Under the pieces are notes generated by a model that was not told the origin of the DNA, did not search any database, and was given only the letters and a program-made list of their open reading frames with translations. A stretch of 64,000 nt of DNA, taken from positions 1 through 64,000 of the forward strand of contig CBDCVK010000002.1 of the NCBI GenBank assembly GCA_965223005.1, written 5' to 3'. The DNA is from Terriglobia bacterium (GTDB lineage Bacteria > Acidobacteriota > Terriglobia > JAJPHL01 > JAPKYU01). Positions 34,764-44,245 of the stretch are shown in pieces (the first letter of the stretch is position 1; each line of letters opens with the position of its first letter). Position numbers and translations under genes: made by a program.

Positions 34764-35029
34764 CGTTCTCCCTTCCTTCTCCAGGGCACGCGACGTAGAG
34801 TCCCGGCGGCGTACACCGGATGCGAAAGAGCTCCTGCTCTCGCTCGGTAGGCCAGAATAGCACCCCCAGCAGGCTGCGGTGACATCCCGGGGCGACTTTT
34901 GTCGCTGAAACGCCCGGGCCGGTTCTTGCCGGTGGAATGGAAGGCCGCTTTTTGCGTTTGGAACGCAAGGAAGGATATCGTTCGAGTCCAGCGCTTCGCC
35001 TGTAGTAGCCTATGCTTTCGAGCCTGAAC

Positions 35030-35869
35030 ATGACCCTTCGAGAAGTCAACGTCGGTCCGCTGCGTTTGGGAGGCAGCGGTGGGCCGTTCCTCATTGCCGG
35101 GCCATGCGTGATCGAGTCAGAGGCTCATGCCAGTTCGCTGGCCGAGCGGATCGCTGCCCTGTGCGCTGATCTAAAGCTGCCCTACATTTTTAAGAGCAGC
35201 TACGACAAAGCCAATCGAACCTCCCTGGGTTCTTATCGGGGTCCGGGTCCGCGCGAAGGGCTCAGAGCCCTGGAGAACATCAAGCGCAGTGTAAAAGTGC
35301 CCATTCTCACCGACGTGCACGAGCCAGGGCAGGTGCCGGCCGCCGCCGAAGTCGCTGATGTGCTGCAAATCCCAGCCTTCCTCTGCCGGCAGACCGACCT
35401 TTTGCTCGCCGCCGGCCGTTCCGGGCGTGCCGTCAACATCAAGAAGGGCCAGTTCCTCTCACCTTGGGAGATGGAACGCGCGATCGAAAAGGTGGCCAGC
35501 ACGGGCAATGAAAACATCCTGGTCACCGAGCGCGGCACCTGCTTCGGCTACAACAATCTGGTCGTGGACATGCGTTCGTTCGCCATCCTGCGTGGCTTCG
35601 GCTATCCCGTTGTATTTGACGCGACCCACTCGCTGCAGCTTCCCGGCGGCGGAGGCCATCAAAGCGACGGCCAGCGCGAGTTTGTCGAGCCGCTGGCCTG
35701 CGCGGGAGTGGCCGCCGGTGCCGACGGCCTGTTTATGGAGGTCCACGACAACCCGGAGGCTGCGCTTTCCGATCCGGCCACGCAGCTGCCCTTGTCCCAG
35801 CTCAAGCCGCTGCTGGAAAAAGTCCTGGCCGTCCACCGGGCTGTCTCAAAGCCCAGATCGGCCGAATAA
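35030..35869 (+). CDS. kdsA: 3-deoxy-8-phosphooctulonate (KDO8P) synthase
   Basis: IAGPCVIE, KSSYDKANRTS, QIPAFLCRQTD, KKGQF, FDATHS. Confidence 0.97.
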   Translation: MTLREVNVGPLRLGGSGGPFLIAGPCVIESEAHASSLAERIAALCADLKLPYIFKSSYDKANRTSLGSYRGPGPREGLRALENIKRSVKVPILTDVHEPGQVPAAAEVADVLQIPAFLCRQTDLLLAAGRSGRAVNIKKGQFLSPWEMERAIEKVASTGNENILVTERGTCFGYNNLVVDMRSFAILRGFGYPVVFDATHSLQLPGGGGHQSDGQREFVEPLACAGVAAGADGLFMEVHDNPEAALSDPATQLPLSQLKPLLEKVLAVHRAVSKPRSAE

Positions 35870-35937
35870 GGCTCGGCTGAATGGCGCGCGGATGAACAAG
35901 CGTATGTTCGCGAGGCTCTAGAGCCGAAGGAGTAACT

Positions 35938-36720
35938 TTGTCAACAGCCCAACTCAGTGGAAAGATCATCATTGTCACCGGTGGTACTCAGGGTTTGGGT
36001 GAGGCCATTGCCCGCCATCTGGTCGAGCAGGGTGCTGGCGGTATGGTGATCTGTGGACGCAATCGCGCCAACGGGCAAAGGGTTTCTGGCGCCCTAGAGG
36101 CGGCAGGGTGTCCAACCCTGTACGTGGCTGCCGACCTCTCAAAAGAGGCCGATTGTCGTGAGGTGGTACGAGCATGTGATGACCGTTTCGGCCGGGTCGA
36201 TGGACTGGTCAACGTTGCAGGCGATACCCGGCGGGGCACTTTAGAGGACAGCTCAGTGGCCCTTTGGGACCATCAGTTTGCAGTGAATGCACGGGCGCCG
36301 TTTATCTTGATGCAGGAAGCGGTGCGTATCATGAAACGGGAGAAGATAGCCGGTAGCATCGTCAATATAATCAGTATGGCATGCTACGGTGGGGAACCCT
36401 ATCTCACACCGTACTGTGCATCCAAGGGAGCGCTTGCCACTTTGACCAAGAACGTTGCCAATGCTCTTCTGTTTGATCGAATCCGGGTCAACGGTCTGAA
36501 CGTCGGCTGGATGAGCACGCCAAACGAGGATGTCGTACAGAAGGCTTCGGGACGGCCCGACAACTGGTTAGAGTTGGCCGAAGCCAAGTCTCCGTTCGGG
36601 CGACTCTTGCGCCCCAGCGATCCGGTCCAACTGGTTGCGCTCTTGCTCAGCGACGATTCGGGAATGATGACCGGCTCCCTGATCGACTTTGACCAGGTCG
36701 TGGTCGGGGCTGGGAGCTGA
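35938..36720 (+). CDS. SDR family oxidoreductase
   Basis: TGGTQGLG, YCASK. Confidence 0.93.
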   Translation: MSTAQLSGKIIIVTGGTQGLGEAIARHLVEQGAGGMVICGRNRANGQRVSGALEAAGCPTLYVAADLSKEADCREVVRACDDRFGRVDGLVNVAGDTRRGTLEDSSVALWDHQFAVNARAPFILMQEAVRIMKREKIAGSIVNIISMACYGGEPYLTPYCASKGALATLTKNVANALLFDRIRVNGLNVGWMSTPNEDVVQKASGRPDNWLELAEAKSPFGRLLRPSDPVQLVALLLSDDSGMMTGSLIDFDQVVVGAGS

Positions 36721-36807
36721 CGCTTAGTCTCGGTCTTTTAATGGAACCCCAGCTAGCCTGCGCCTTCCTGCTTGCGTGCCCCGCGCCACGCGCAGAAGTC
36801 TCAGCTG

Positions 36808-38322
36808 CTACTTCTGGGTTACGTAGACGGCGTAAACTCGAGCGTCCTCGGGCCGAAGTCCTTCATAGGTAATTCGGATACGAAGCGCGTGAGGAAACTC
36901 TTGTAGGCTCTTTTTGTTACCCCACTGCACCGGCTGGCGAAGCCCGCTCTGCTTGACCAATGCGCTATCCGCTCCCGAATAGCCCGCCACGCCTCGCAAT
37001 TGCTCGTCCAGCAGTTCTACTTTCAGATAGCTGTCTTCCGAAAGGCCATCGGCATTGAGGTAAATCTTTCCTCCTGCATCTTCCAGCCGTATCGGACAAG
37101 TAATAAAGTGCGAGGCTTCAAAGGGGCCTTCACTTTTCCGGCGCCGGACGGGTTCGAAATACCCTAGCCGATCTCGCTCCCAGGTCGCCACGCGGATTTC
37201 ACCGCTCATCCAACCCCCATACCAGACCAGGGTTTGATCCCCGAGGTTTTCAAATCCCTGTCCCTGGATCAGCGATGGGTGGGCCCCGTCGGGCTCCTCG
37301 GCGGCTGAGATGATCCGGAAGTCCGGAATCGGTTCGCGGTAGTGCAAACCATCCTGAGTGACGACCAGACCGAGGTCCATGCTGATGTAGCGACGATCAT
37401 CGTTGTCGGCTCCGTGCCATTGCCCGTAGAATCCCAGCAGGACATTTCCTCGGTCCCAGATTGAGGCTCCCAGGTGAACCTGTTCTCCGGCACGCCGGAA
37501 AAAGACCGGCAAGCGAGGAGGGATGTCGTCCCTGCGGAAACCCACCACCCCCGACTGTGTCCAGTTTTCGAAATCGTAAGAGATGTGGGTCACCAAGATG
37601 CGCTTGGGATATCCTAACCCCTGTCCGTTGACGTAGTAGGCGCCGTTCAGCTTGACCATTCCGGCCATTTCGAATACTGGCCCAACCGGGTTTTTGGGAG
37701 ATTGTTTCCACTTCAAGCCGTCCGGGCTATAGGCAACTCCGAATTTCGCCCCGTACCTATCGCTCTCGAAAACCATCTTGAAGCGACGGTTCGGATCAGG
37801 ATCATCGGGTTCGTACAGGACTAGGGAAGCCCTTAACCGGTCGATGTTGAGATCGACCAGGTTGTTTTGTTTGCTCCCTTCAAACTCGACCAGGCCTAGC
37901 GCTGGTTTCTCCCAGTGCATGCCGTCCTTACTGACTGCGTAACAAACCCGTCCAAGGCCCCATCCGGGCCAGCCTCCAGCTCTGGTGTCGTACACTTCGG
38001 GGGCTCCGATGTACCACATCCGGAGTTGGTCTCCGATCTTTATCACCGTTCCATAGTAGGCCACCGCTTTGGAGTCGGGCTCGCCGGGTTTGCCCATGCG
38101 AATGATGGGGTTTTCCTTGTGTTTTTCGCCTGAGATCAGGCCCAGTTCCAACCCGTAAATGAGTGGAATGCTGTAATTGTCGTAGGGGAAAAGAACAACC
38201 TCTTCCAGCGACCGCTCCGGCCCTCCATTAAGCGCAACCACCCCACCCTTGGCAGGGGCTTGGTGAACAAACGCCAGCAGAACGACAACGACTATCCAAC
38301 CTAGAACGGTGTATCTTTTCAT
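36808..38322 (-). CDS. Secreted five-bladed beta-propeller glycoside hydrolase-like protein (GH32/43-like)
   Basis: Signal peptide; repeated SxDGxxW boxes (SKDGMHWEKP, SPDGLKW, SYDFENW). Confidence 0.7.
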   Translation of the reverse strand: MKRYTVLGWIVVVVLLAFVHQAPAKGGVVALNGGPERSLEEVVLFPYDNYSIPLIYGLELGLISGEKHKENPIIRMGKPGEPDSKAVAYYGTVIKIGDQLRMWYIGAPEVYDTRAGGWPGWGLGRVCYAVSKDGMHWEKPALGLVEFEGSKQNNLVDLNIDRLRASLVLYEPDDPDPNRRFKMVFESDRYGAKFGVAYSPDGLKWKQSPKNPVGPVFEMAGMVKLNGAYYVNGQGLGYPKRILVTHISYDFENWTQSGVVGFRRDDIPPRLPVFFRRAGEQVHLGASIWDRGNVLLGFYGQWHGADNDDRRYISMDLGLVVTQDGLHYREPIPDFRIISAAEEPDGAHPSLIQGQGFENLGDQTLVWYGGWMSGEIRVATWERDRLGYFEPVRRRKSEGPFEASHFITCPIRLEDAGGKIYLNADGLSEDSYLKVELLDEQLRGVAGYSGADSALVKQSGLRQPVQWGNKKSLQEFPHALRIRITYEGLRPEDARVYAVYVTQK

Positions 38323-38453
38323 CTACGCTACCCTCCTCAATGACGGAAATTCTCGCTTTCCACGCTGTCCGCCAGGATTATGTGGCAGGCCCGCTTGGTG
38401 TAAGCCAGGTTGCGATAGAAGCTCCAGCCGCCAACAGATCCAGGATTTCGCTC

Positions 38454-39782
38454 CTATGGTCGTTCACGGAGCATCGCCTTCACCTTCGAAGAAGCTGAGA
38501 TCCGGCTTCGTTTCACATATGCCTCGTGATTCCGTTCGATCCGAGAAGGCCGGTACGCGTAGTTCACCATGAAGCCGAACGATTGCGTCAGGCCCTTCTC
38601 GGATGTATCCCCAAGCCAGTTGATCTGTTCCACCGATGCCCCGTTGCCCAAATGGAATGAAGCGACCGGGTCGACCGCACGGCCCTCCTCGCGCTCGCTA
38701 AGGAGATAGTGGGCGCAAAACCATGAAAGCAATGGCCGAACCCGATCGCACGCGTCGCGGTTTTCCTGCCAATCGGTGTCTTCCACGGCGTCTAAAACGG
38801 AGAGATCGTGGCCTCCGGCCAGTTCCGCCTTGCGATCGACCGGCAGACCATTCAACCATGTTCGGAAACCAGGCAAGGGCGACAGCGTTGCAAAGGATCG
38901 CAATTTTAGATCTTCTGCCTGCAACTCGGCGATGACGTGCTTGATGAGGAAATTTCCGAACGAGATACCACGCAACCCGTCGAGACAATTGCTGATGGAA
39001 TAGAAAACCGCTGTATCCGCTCGCCGCAGATCCAGCGGTTCGCTGTCACAGGCCAGCAAGGGGGGAATTGAGGAAGCAAGTCCATGGGTCAAGGCGACCT
39101 CGACGAAAATCAGAGGCTCGTCCGCAAGAGCTGGGTGAAAAAAGGCAAAGCACCGCCGGTCCTTGGCGAGCCGTCGCCGCAGATCATCCCAGCCATGAAT
39201 CTCGTGAACCGCCTCATGCTCGATCAGCTTCTCCAAGATGCTTGCCGGTGTGTGCCAGTCGACGCGCTCCAAGCGCAGGAACCCGGGGTTGAACCACGAA
39301 GCCAGCAGATGGTGAAGATCCACGTCCACCGGTTCGAGCTCCGGCCGGGCCGGCAGAAAACGCAGTATATCTTCCCGCATCCGCACCAGCGCCTGGGTTC
39401 CGCCGGGCGTCAGATTGACGCGACGGAACAGCTCCTGACGAGGCGGCTCGACCGCGCCGAACAGCTCGGCCAGCGTTTTGGCATTCGGCTTGGCTCGATA
39501 CTTCTCGGCCGCCGCCAGGACAGACTGCCGATCAGGGAGAAAGTCCGGTTCCAATAGGGCCAGAAAGAATGCCTCTCGCGCGGAAGGCGCCAAGCGGCGG
39601 TAGCGCTCGGCGACTTCCCGCCCCAAGGCGATCCCGGAGGCCTCGCCGCGTTCGAAGAGTAACTCGCGGCATAGCGATTCAAGCGACGCGGCGCCGGTCG
39701 CTCTCCATCTTCGTCGCAACTCGAGGCCGCGGTCGGCGATGGAGTCCCAGACCCGTCGAAACAGCGCGCCCTTCGAAACCAT
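38454..39782 (-). CDS. Malonyl-CoA decarboxylase
   Basis: EAVHEI, RRCFAFFHP, EPLIFVEVAL, FYSISN, GISFGNFLIK, TLSPLPGF, FHLGNGA. Confidence 0.95.
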   Translation of the reverse strand: MVSKGALFRRVWDSIADRGLELRRRWRATGAASLESLCRELLFERGEASGIALGREVAERYRRLAPSAREAFFLALLEPDFLPDRQSVLAAAEKYRAKPNAKTLAELFGAVEPPRQELFRRVNLTPGGTQALVRMREDILRFLPARPELEPVDVDLHHLLASWFNPGFLRLERVDWHTPASILEKLIEHEAVHEIHGWDDLRRRLAKDRRCFAFFHPALADEPLIFVEVALTHGLASSIPPLLACDSEPLDLRRADTAVFYSISNCLDGLRGISFGNFLIKHVIAELQAEDLKLRSFATLSPLPGFRTWLNGLPVDRKAELAGGHDLSVLDAVEDTDWQENRDACDRVRPLLSWFCAHYLLSEREEGRAVDPVASFHLGNGASVEQINWLGDTSEKGLTQSFGFMVNYAYRPSRIERNHEAYVKRSRISASSKVKAMLRERP

Positions 39783-39979
39783 CAGACAGCTACCTCTCCT
39801 TCACGGTGGCCTTCACAGTGGCCTTCAAGGTGGCTGGCAAGCGAAAGTTGGAATTTCCGATTTGAGCTTCCCGTCGCCCAGAAGCATACGGCAGTTGCCT
39901 TCTCGACTCAAGCTCAGATCACTGTAGCGAGGCCGAGCCATTGCCAGAGCCGCTGGGCTTGGCGAGCCGGAACAGGAAG

Positions 39980-40582
39980 CAGGTAGGAACAGTTCGCCCG
40001 GCCGCGCTATTTTTCGTCTCTGGCACGCAGATCAATGCGCAGGTGCCGTTTGAGCTGGTATCCGGAGCGGGTTTGGTCACGGTGCAGGTGACGCGGGGCG
40101 GTGAAACCAGCACGGCGCAGCCGGTCGCGATTGCGGCCGTATCGCCGGGGATTTTTACGCAGAACCAGCAGGGCACGGGCCCCGGGGCGATCCTGCACGC
40201 GGCAGATTTCCAGCCCGTCAGCGAAAGCAACCCGGCACAGACGGGCGAGTTCCTGCTGATCTTTTGCACGGGGTTGGGGCCGGTCCTGCCGGAAGTGCCA
40301 TCCGGCAATGTTGCTCCCGGCACGGAGCCATTGGCGCGAACCGTTAGCCCGCCGTTGGTAAACATCGGCGGCATTCCCGCTGAGGTGGTCTACTCCGGCC
40401 TGGCCCCGGGATTCGTGGGGCTGTACCAAGTGAACGTCGAGGTACCCGTGGGTTTGTCCCCCCCGAATTCGCAGCCGGAGGGTGCCGCCCCGCCCGTTAC
40501 GCACAACCTAGAAATCATCAACATCGGTGTGCCGAGCAACATCGTCGAGGTACCCGTGGGAATAAGCCCGCCGACTACTTAG
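39980..40582 (+). pseudogene. 5'-truncated TIGR03437-family C-terminal domain
   Basis: LFFVSGTQINAQVPFE, AVSPGIF, SNPAQTGE, YSGLAPGFVGLYQVN; no N-terminal part. Confidence 0.75.
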
Positions 40583-40701
40583 TCCCCGAGGGTTTGTCTC
40601 AGCCAATACTCACAACCTAGAAATCATCAAGGTAAACCCTAGCTGATCTGCCGCCTGCCGTGCTTGTGGAGTCCAACCAGCCACCAAGTGCTGGTGCGCT
40701 G

Positions 40702-40731
40702 TTGACAACCCAAGCCAGCAGGACCTACACT
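40702..40731 (+). promoter_or_regulatory. Sigma-70 promoter of the heme-binding protein gene
   Basis: TTGACA-N18-TACACT. Confidence 0.6.
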
Positions 40732-40837
40732 CCGCGCACCTCTCTAGTGCTAGGCCGACCGGGACCGGTTTTATCCAGGTCAGCCTAAACAAGAGTGAGG
40801 CTCCGAAGCTGGCATCGTCAACAAGGAGGTTGTGAGC

Positions 40838-41593
40838 ATGAAAGACAAGAAAAGAATCCTCAGTGCTGCTGTGGCAACCGTCGTATTGACTGCCCTGTTT
40901 TTACCTGCAGCCAGTCACTTACCAACCCACGCGAAACTCCAGGCCGCCCTGAAAACGGTGGTTGCAGAGAAGAACGGAGGCTTTGGCCTCCATATGTGGG
41001 CGACCATCGTTGACCGGGATGGTGTGGTGCGGGCCGTCGTGTTTTCCGGAAAGGCGCGGGGCGATCAATGGCCGGGAAGCCGGGTCATCTCGGCACAAAA
41101 AGCCAACACGGCCAATGCGTTCAGTCTTCCGGGACTGGCGTTATCAACGGCAAATCTCTTTTCAGCGGTGCAGCCAGGAGGGAGTTTATTCGGGCTCCAG
41201 TTCAGTAATCCCGTGGCTACGGACGTGGCCTATGGCGGCCCTTCTGACGCCATTGGCACGGCAAAGGACCCTATGGTCAATCAGAAAATTGGCGGGGTGA
41301 ATGTATTTGGCGGTGGTTTGCCCTTGTATGATGGCGATGGCAAACCGGTGGGAGCGGTTGGCGTCAGTGGTGATAGCTCCTGTGCAGACCATAACATCGC
41401 GTGGAAGGTCCGCCATGCACTCAATTTGGACAACATTCCTGGGGGAGTGAGCCCGACGAAAGACGATAATATTGTGAATGACATTACAAACGGCGCGAGT
41501 GCAGGTGGTTGGGGACATCCCCCATGTGCTCCCAAGGCAACCCAAGTAGCGAAGGAGCTCGTGAAAACCCACCCGATTGGGCCTCAGCCGTAG
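40838..41593 (+). CDS. Secreted heme-binding protein, GlcG/HbpS family
   Basis: IVDRDG, SAQKANTA, FGGGLPL, GAVGVSGD; AAGGAGG RBS. Confidence 0.88.
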   Translation: MKDKKRILSAAVATVVLTALFLPAASHLPTHAKLQAALKTVVAEKNGGFGLHMWATIVDRDGVVRAVVFSGKARGDQWPGSRVISAQKANTANAFSLPGLALSTANLFSAVQPGGSLFGLQFSNPVATDVAYGGPSDAIGTAKDPMVNQKIGGVNVFGGGLPLYDGDGKPVGAVGVSGDSSCADHNIAWKVRHALNLDNIPGGVSPTKDDNIVNDITNGASAGGWGHPPCAPKATQVAKELVKTHPIGPQP

Positions 41594-41626
41594 GTAAAGT
41601 TCTCTGGCAGCGCGTCATGTAGACGA

Positions 41627-41734
41627 GCCTAACATGGGCTTGAAGCGGATGGTGGGGGGTGCGACGAAGCGAGGAAGAGGTGACAGGCGGGTATCTCCTC
41701 AGCCCCCCACTGCCGCTGAAGCTTGCCTTTAGGC
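41627..41734 (+). other. Degenerate integron attC-like site
   Basis: GCCTAAC...AAGCGG...GCCGCT...TTTAGGC (R''/L''/L'/R' layout; first base of GTTAGGC altered). Confidence 0.55.
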
Positions 41735-41860
41735 TACGACATCAAGAAACGGCCATGTTCGGGCCTCACCCTCCCGGTCTGACTCTCCCTCTAGGCAGGG
41801 TCCCCAATTAATGGGCGTCGGATTCTGTGGCCGCTGTTGATGGCTTGATGGCTGCTCGAC

Positions 41861-41956
41861 TTACAGCCTGGGCGCACGGCGGCTAGTGAACGCCACGAAA
41901 ATGGCGATGCCAATGACTATGATAAGCCAAATTGGAACACGAATTTCCTCGTACAC
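41861..41956 (-). CDS. Small single-TM protein (31 aa)
   Basis: GAGGAGG RBS; MYEEIRVPIWLIIVIGIAIFVAFTSRRAPRL*. Confidence 0.5.
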   Translation of the reverse strand: MYEEIRVPIWLIIVIGIAIFVAFTSRRAPRL

Positions 41957-42218
41957 TCGTGTCCTCCTCGAGTGACGCACAGTGTAGTAGGCTTGTTCTG
42001 GGTAAGTCAATGGACTACGCGGTTCAGGTCAAGCGATGACAGGTTATCGGTTACCTTTGCCGAATAGGTCCCCACTAACGGGCTAGTGTTTACCTATGTT
42101 CCAGCTTGGACGGTGTGGGGGCTTGGCGGCCTTCATTTATCGCACAGCTATCGTCACCCCATCTTGGTTGGTATGTCGCAGTTATCAAGTGCCAATCTCG
42201 CTCAGAGCCGAAAATAGG

Positions 42219-42234
42219 TGGCACGCGGCGTGCT
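42219..42234 (+). promoter_or_regulatory. Putative sigma-54 (-24/-12) promoter
   Basis: TGGCACGCGGCGTGCT, with GG-N10-GC spacing. Confidence 0.5.
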
Positions 42235-42277
42235 CAGGCGGGGTTGCGTTGCGGATTTATAGGGCCGAACCTATGTA

Positions 42278-42354
42278 GAGAAGAAACGGGATTCATCACC
42301 GGGACAGATATCGTCATCGACGGTGGCCGGATCGCGTGGACCGCTGCCAAGTGA
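42278..42354 (+). pseudogene. C-terminal remnant of an SDR oxidoreductase
   Basis: EETGFITGTDIVIDGG...*. Confidence 0.6.
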
Positions 42355-42503
42355 ATTGATTGAGGCGCCTCAGGACGTCGGGACAGCCGCATTTTTTCAC
42401 AGCTTCAGCTGTGTCGTCGCCTCGGACAGGCCCATAAGATTGACGGGGGTAGCGCTAGGATCGGAATTATTTCAAGAGCACAACTTAGGAAAGGGCAACA
42501 TAG

Positions 42504-43547
42504 ATGGTCGTCAAGACAGCCGAAGACTTACGAGCACTCGTCAACCGGATCCTGCTCGCCGCGGGAGCCAGTCAGCGCAACGCGAGCGGAGTTGCCGATC
42601 ATCTGGTGGCGGCAAACCTGGCCGGCGTTGACACACACGGGATTCATCATCTCGGCCGATACGTGAAGATGATCAACGACGGAGTGCTCGCACCGACCGC
42701 CGATCCGGAGGTCGTTCAAGAGGGTCCTACGAGCGCGCTGCTTCGAGGCAACTGGGGGTTCGGCCACGTCACAGCTCGGGATGCCATGGAAGTGGCGATC
42801 CACAAGGCGGAGGAACACGGAGTGGCCGTGGCGGCTATTGTCGAAACGACGCACATCGGCAGGCTCGGGTACTACGTGGAGATGGCGGCTCAGCGGCAGT
42901 TGATTGGGATGGTCTGGGCGGGCGGATACGGCGTAGGAACGCCGGTGGCAGTTCCCTACGGAGGCCGGTCTGCGGTCCTTTCCACGAACCCCGTTTCGAT
43001 CGGCTTTCCGGCGGGAAAGGACTCGTCCATGATGTTCGACTACGCTACAACCGCAATTGCCGGCAGCAAGATCGAGTTGGCGAGTAGCCGAGGGCAGGAA
43101 CTTCCGCCGAACTCGATCGTCGACAAGGACGGCAATCCTACCACGGACACGGCCGCATTCTTCGATGGTGGAGCACACGTGCCCTTCGGCTCGCACAAAG
43201 GTTACGGGCTCATGATGGCAGCCGAGTTTTTCGGGCGCATTCTTACCGGTTCGGATGACTATGCCGACACAGAGCGCGGTGGTCCCGTCATGCGCCACCA
43301 GGGAGGAACCTTGGTGGCGATTCGAGCTGACCTGTTTCAGCCCTTCGACGGCTACACAACTCGCGCGGAGCAGATGCAAGAGCGGGTCCGGGCCATTCCC
43401 CCCGCTCCTGGCTTCAAGGCGGTGCTCGTACCAGGTGACATGGAGTCTACAACCCGTGCGGCACGCCAGCGTGATGGAATTCCGATCCTAGACGACGTGT
43501 GGGAGCGGCTCGTCGAGACCGCTAACTCAGTTGGAGTCACGGTTTAG
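42504..43547 (+). CDS. Ldh_2-family (AllD/ComC-like) oxidoreductase
   Basis: GVDTHG, HIGRLGYY, STNP, PFGSHKGYGL, VLVPGD. Confidence 0.92.
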   Translation: MVVKTAEDLRALVNRILLAAGASQRNASGVADHLVAANLAGVDTHGIHHLGRYVKMINDGVLAPTADPEVVQEGPTSALLRGNWGFGHVTARDAMEVAIHKAEEHGVAVAAIVETTHIGRLGYYVEMAAQRQLIGMVWAGGYGVGTPVAVPYGGRSAVLSTNPVSIGFPAGKDSSMMFDYATTAIAGSKIELASSRGQELPPNSIVDKDGNPTTDTAAFFDGGAHVPFGSHKGYGLMMAAEFFGRILTGSDDYADTERGGPVMRHQGGTLVAIRADLFQPFDGYTTRAEQMQERVRAIPPAPGFKAVLVPGDMESTTRAARQRDGIPILDDVWERLVETANSVGVTV

Positions 43548-43639
43548 GCTGAAGTTTGAAACGGGTATAGCGCGCTACGCCTTTGCCGACAGTGTATAGA
43601 CGGTTTTGGGGACGTAGAAGCGAAGCGTGTTGTGCTGGG

Positions 43640-44215
43640 CGGGACTGGGACAATAAACGACTGACTTTTCACTTGAGAGGAGAGATGGTCGGCAACGATG
43701 AGATGTTCAGCGGTGAAATCGGACAGGTCGGCACACAGATGGATGGTCTGGGACACGTGGGTGTCCACATGAAGGGCGACAACTATTTCTATAACGGGTT
43801 CAAGCTCTCCGAGTTCGGCTCAGCCTACGGCCTGAAGAAGCTTGGCGTCGAAAACATCGGGGCATTCTTTACTCGCGGGGTCCTGCTCGACGTGGCTGGA
43901 TTGAAAGGTGTCGAGCGGCTGGACCCGAACTATCTGATCACGCCTGGCGATCTGCAGAAGGCTCCCGACTCAGCAGGGCTGAAAATCGGCATCGGAGACG
44001 TGGTCTTGATCCGTACCGGACACGCCCAGCTTTGGATGAAAGATAACAATACCTACAACGCGAGCGAACCCGGTATCGGCATGGAAGCTGCGCGCTGGAT
44101 CACCGATCGCAAAGTGAGCATGATTGGCGCCGACACCTGGGCCATCGAGCAGATACCCGGCGCGGATCCGGATCGAGAGTTCCCAGTCCATCAACGGACA
44201 ATTACTTCAGGGTAG
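43640..44215 (+). pseudogene. Truncated cyclase/kynurenine formamidase family protein
   Basis: GTQMDGLGH, TRGVLLDV, GDVVLIRTG, EPGI, GADTW; both ends missing. Confidence 0.75.
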
Positions 44216-44245
44216 CTGAGGCCCCATGAAGCAGGGCATACACTC

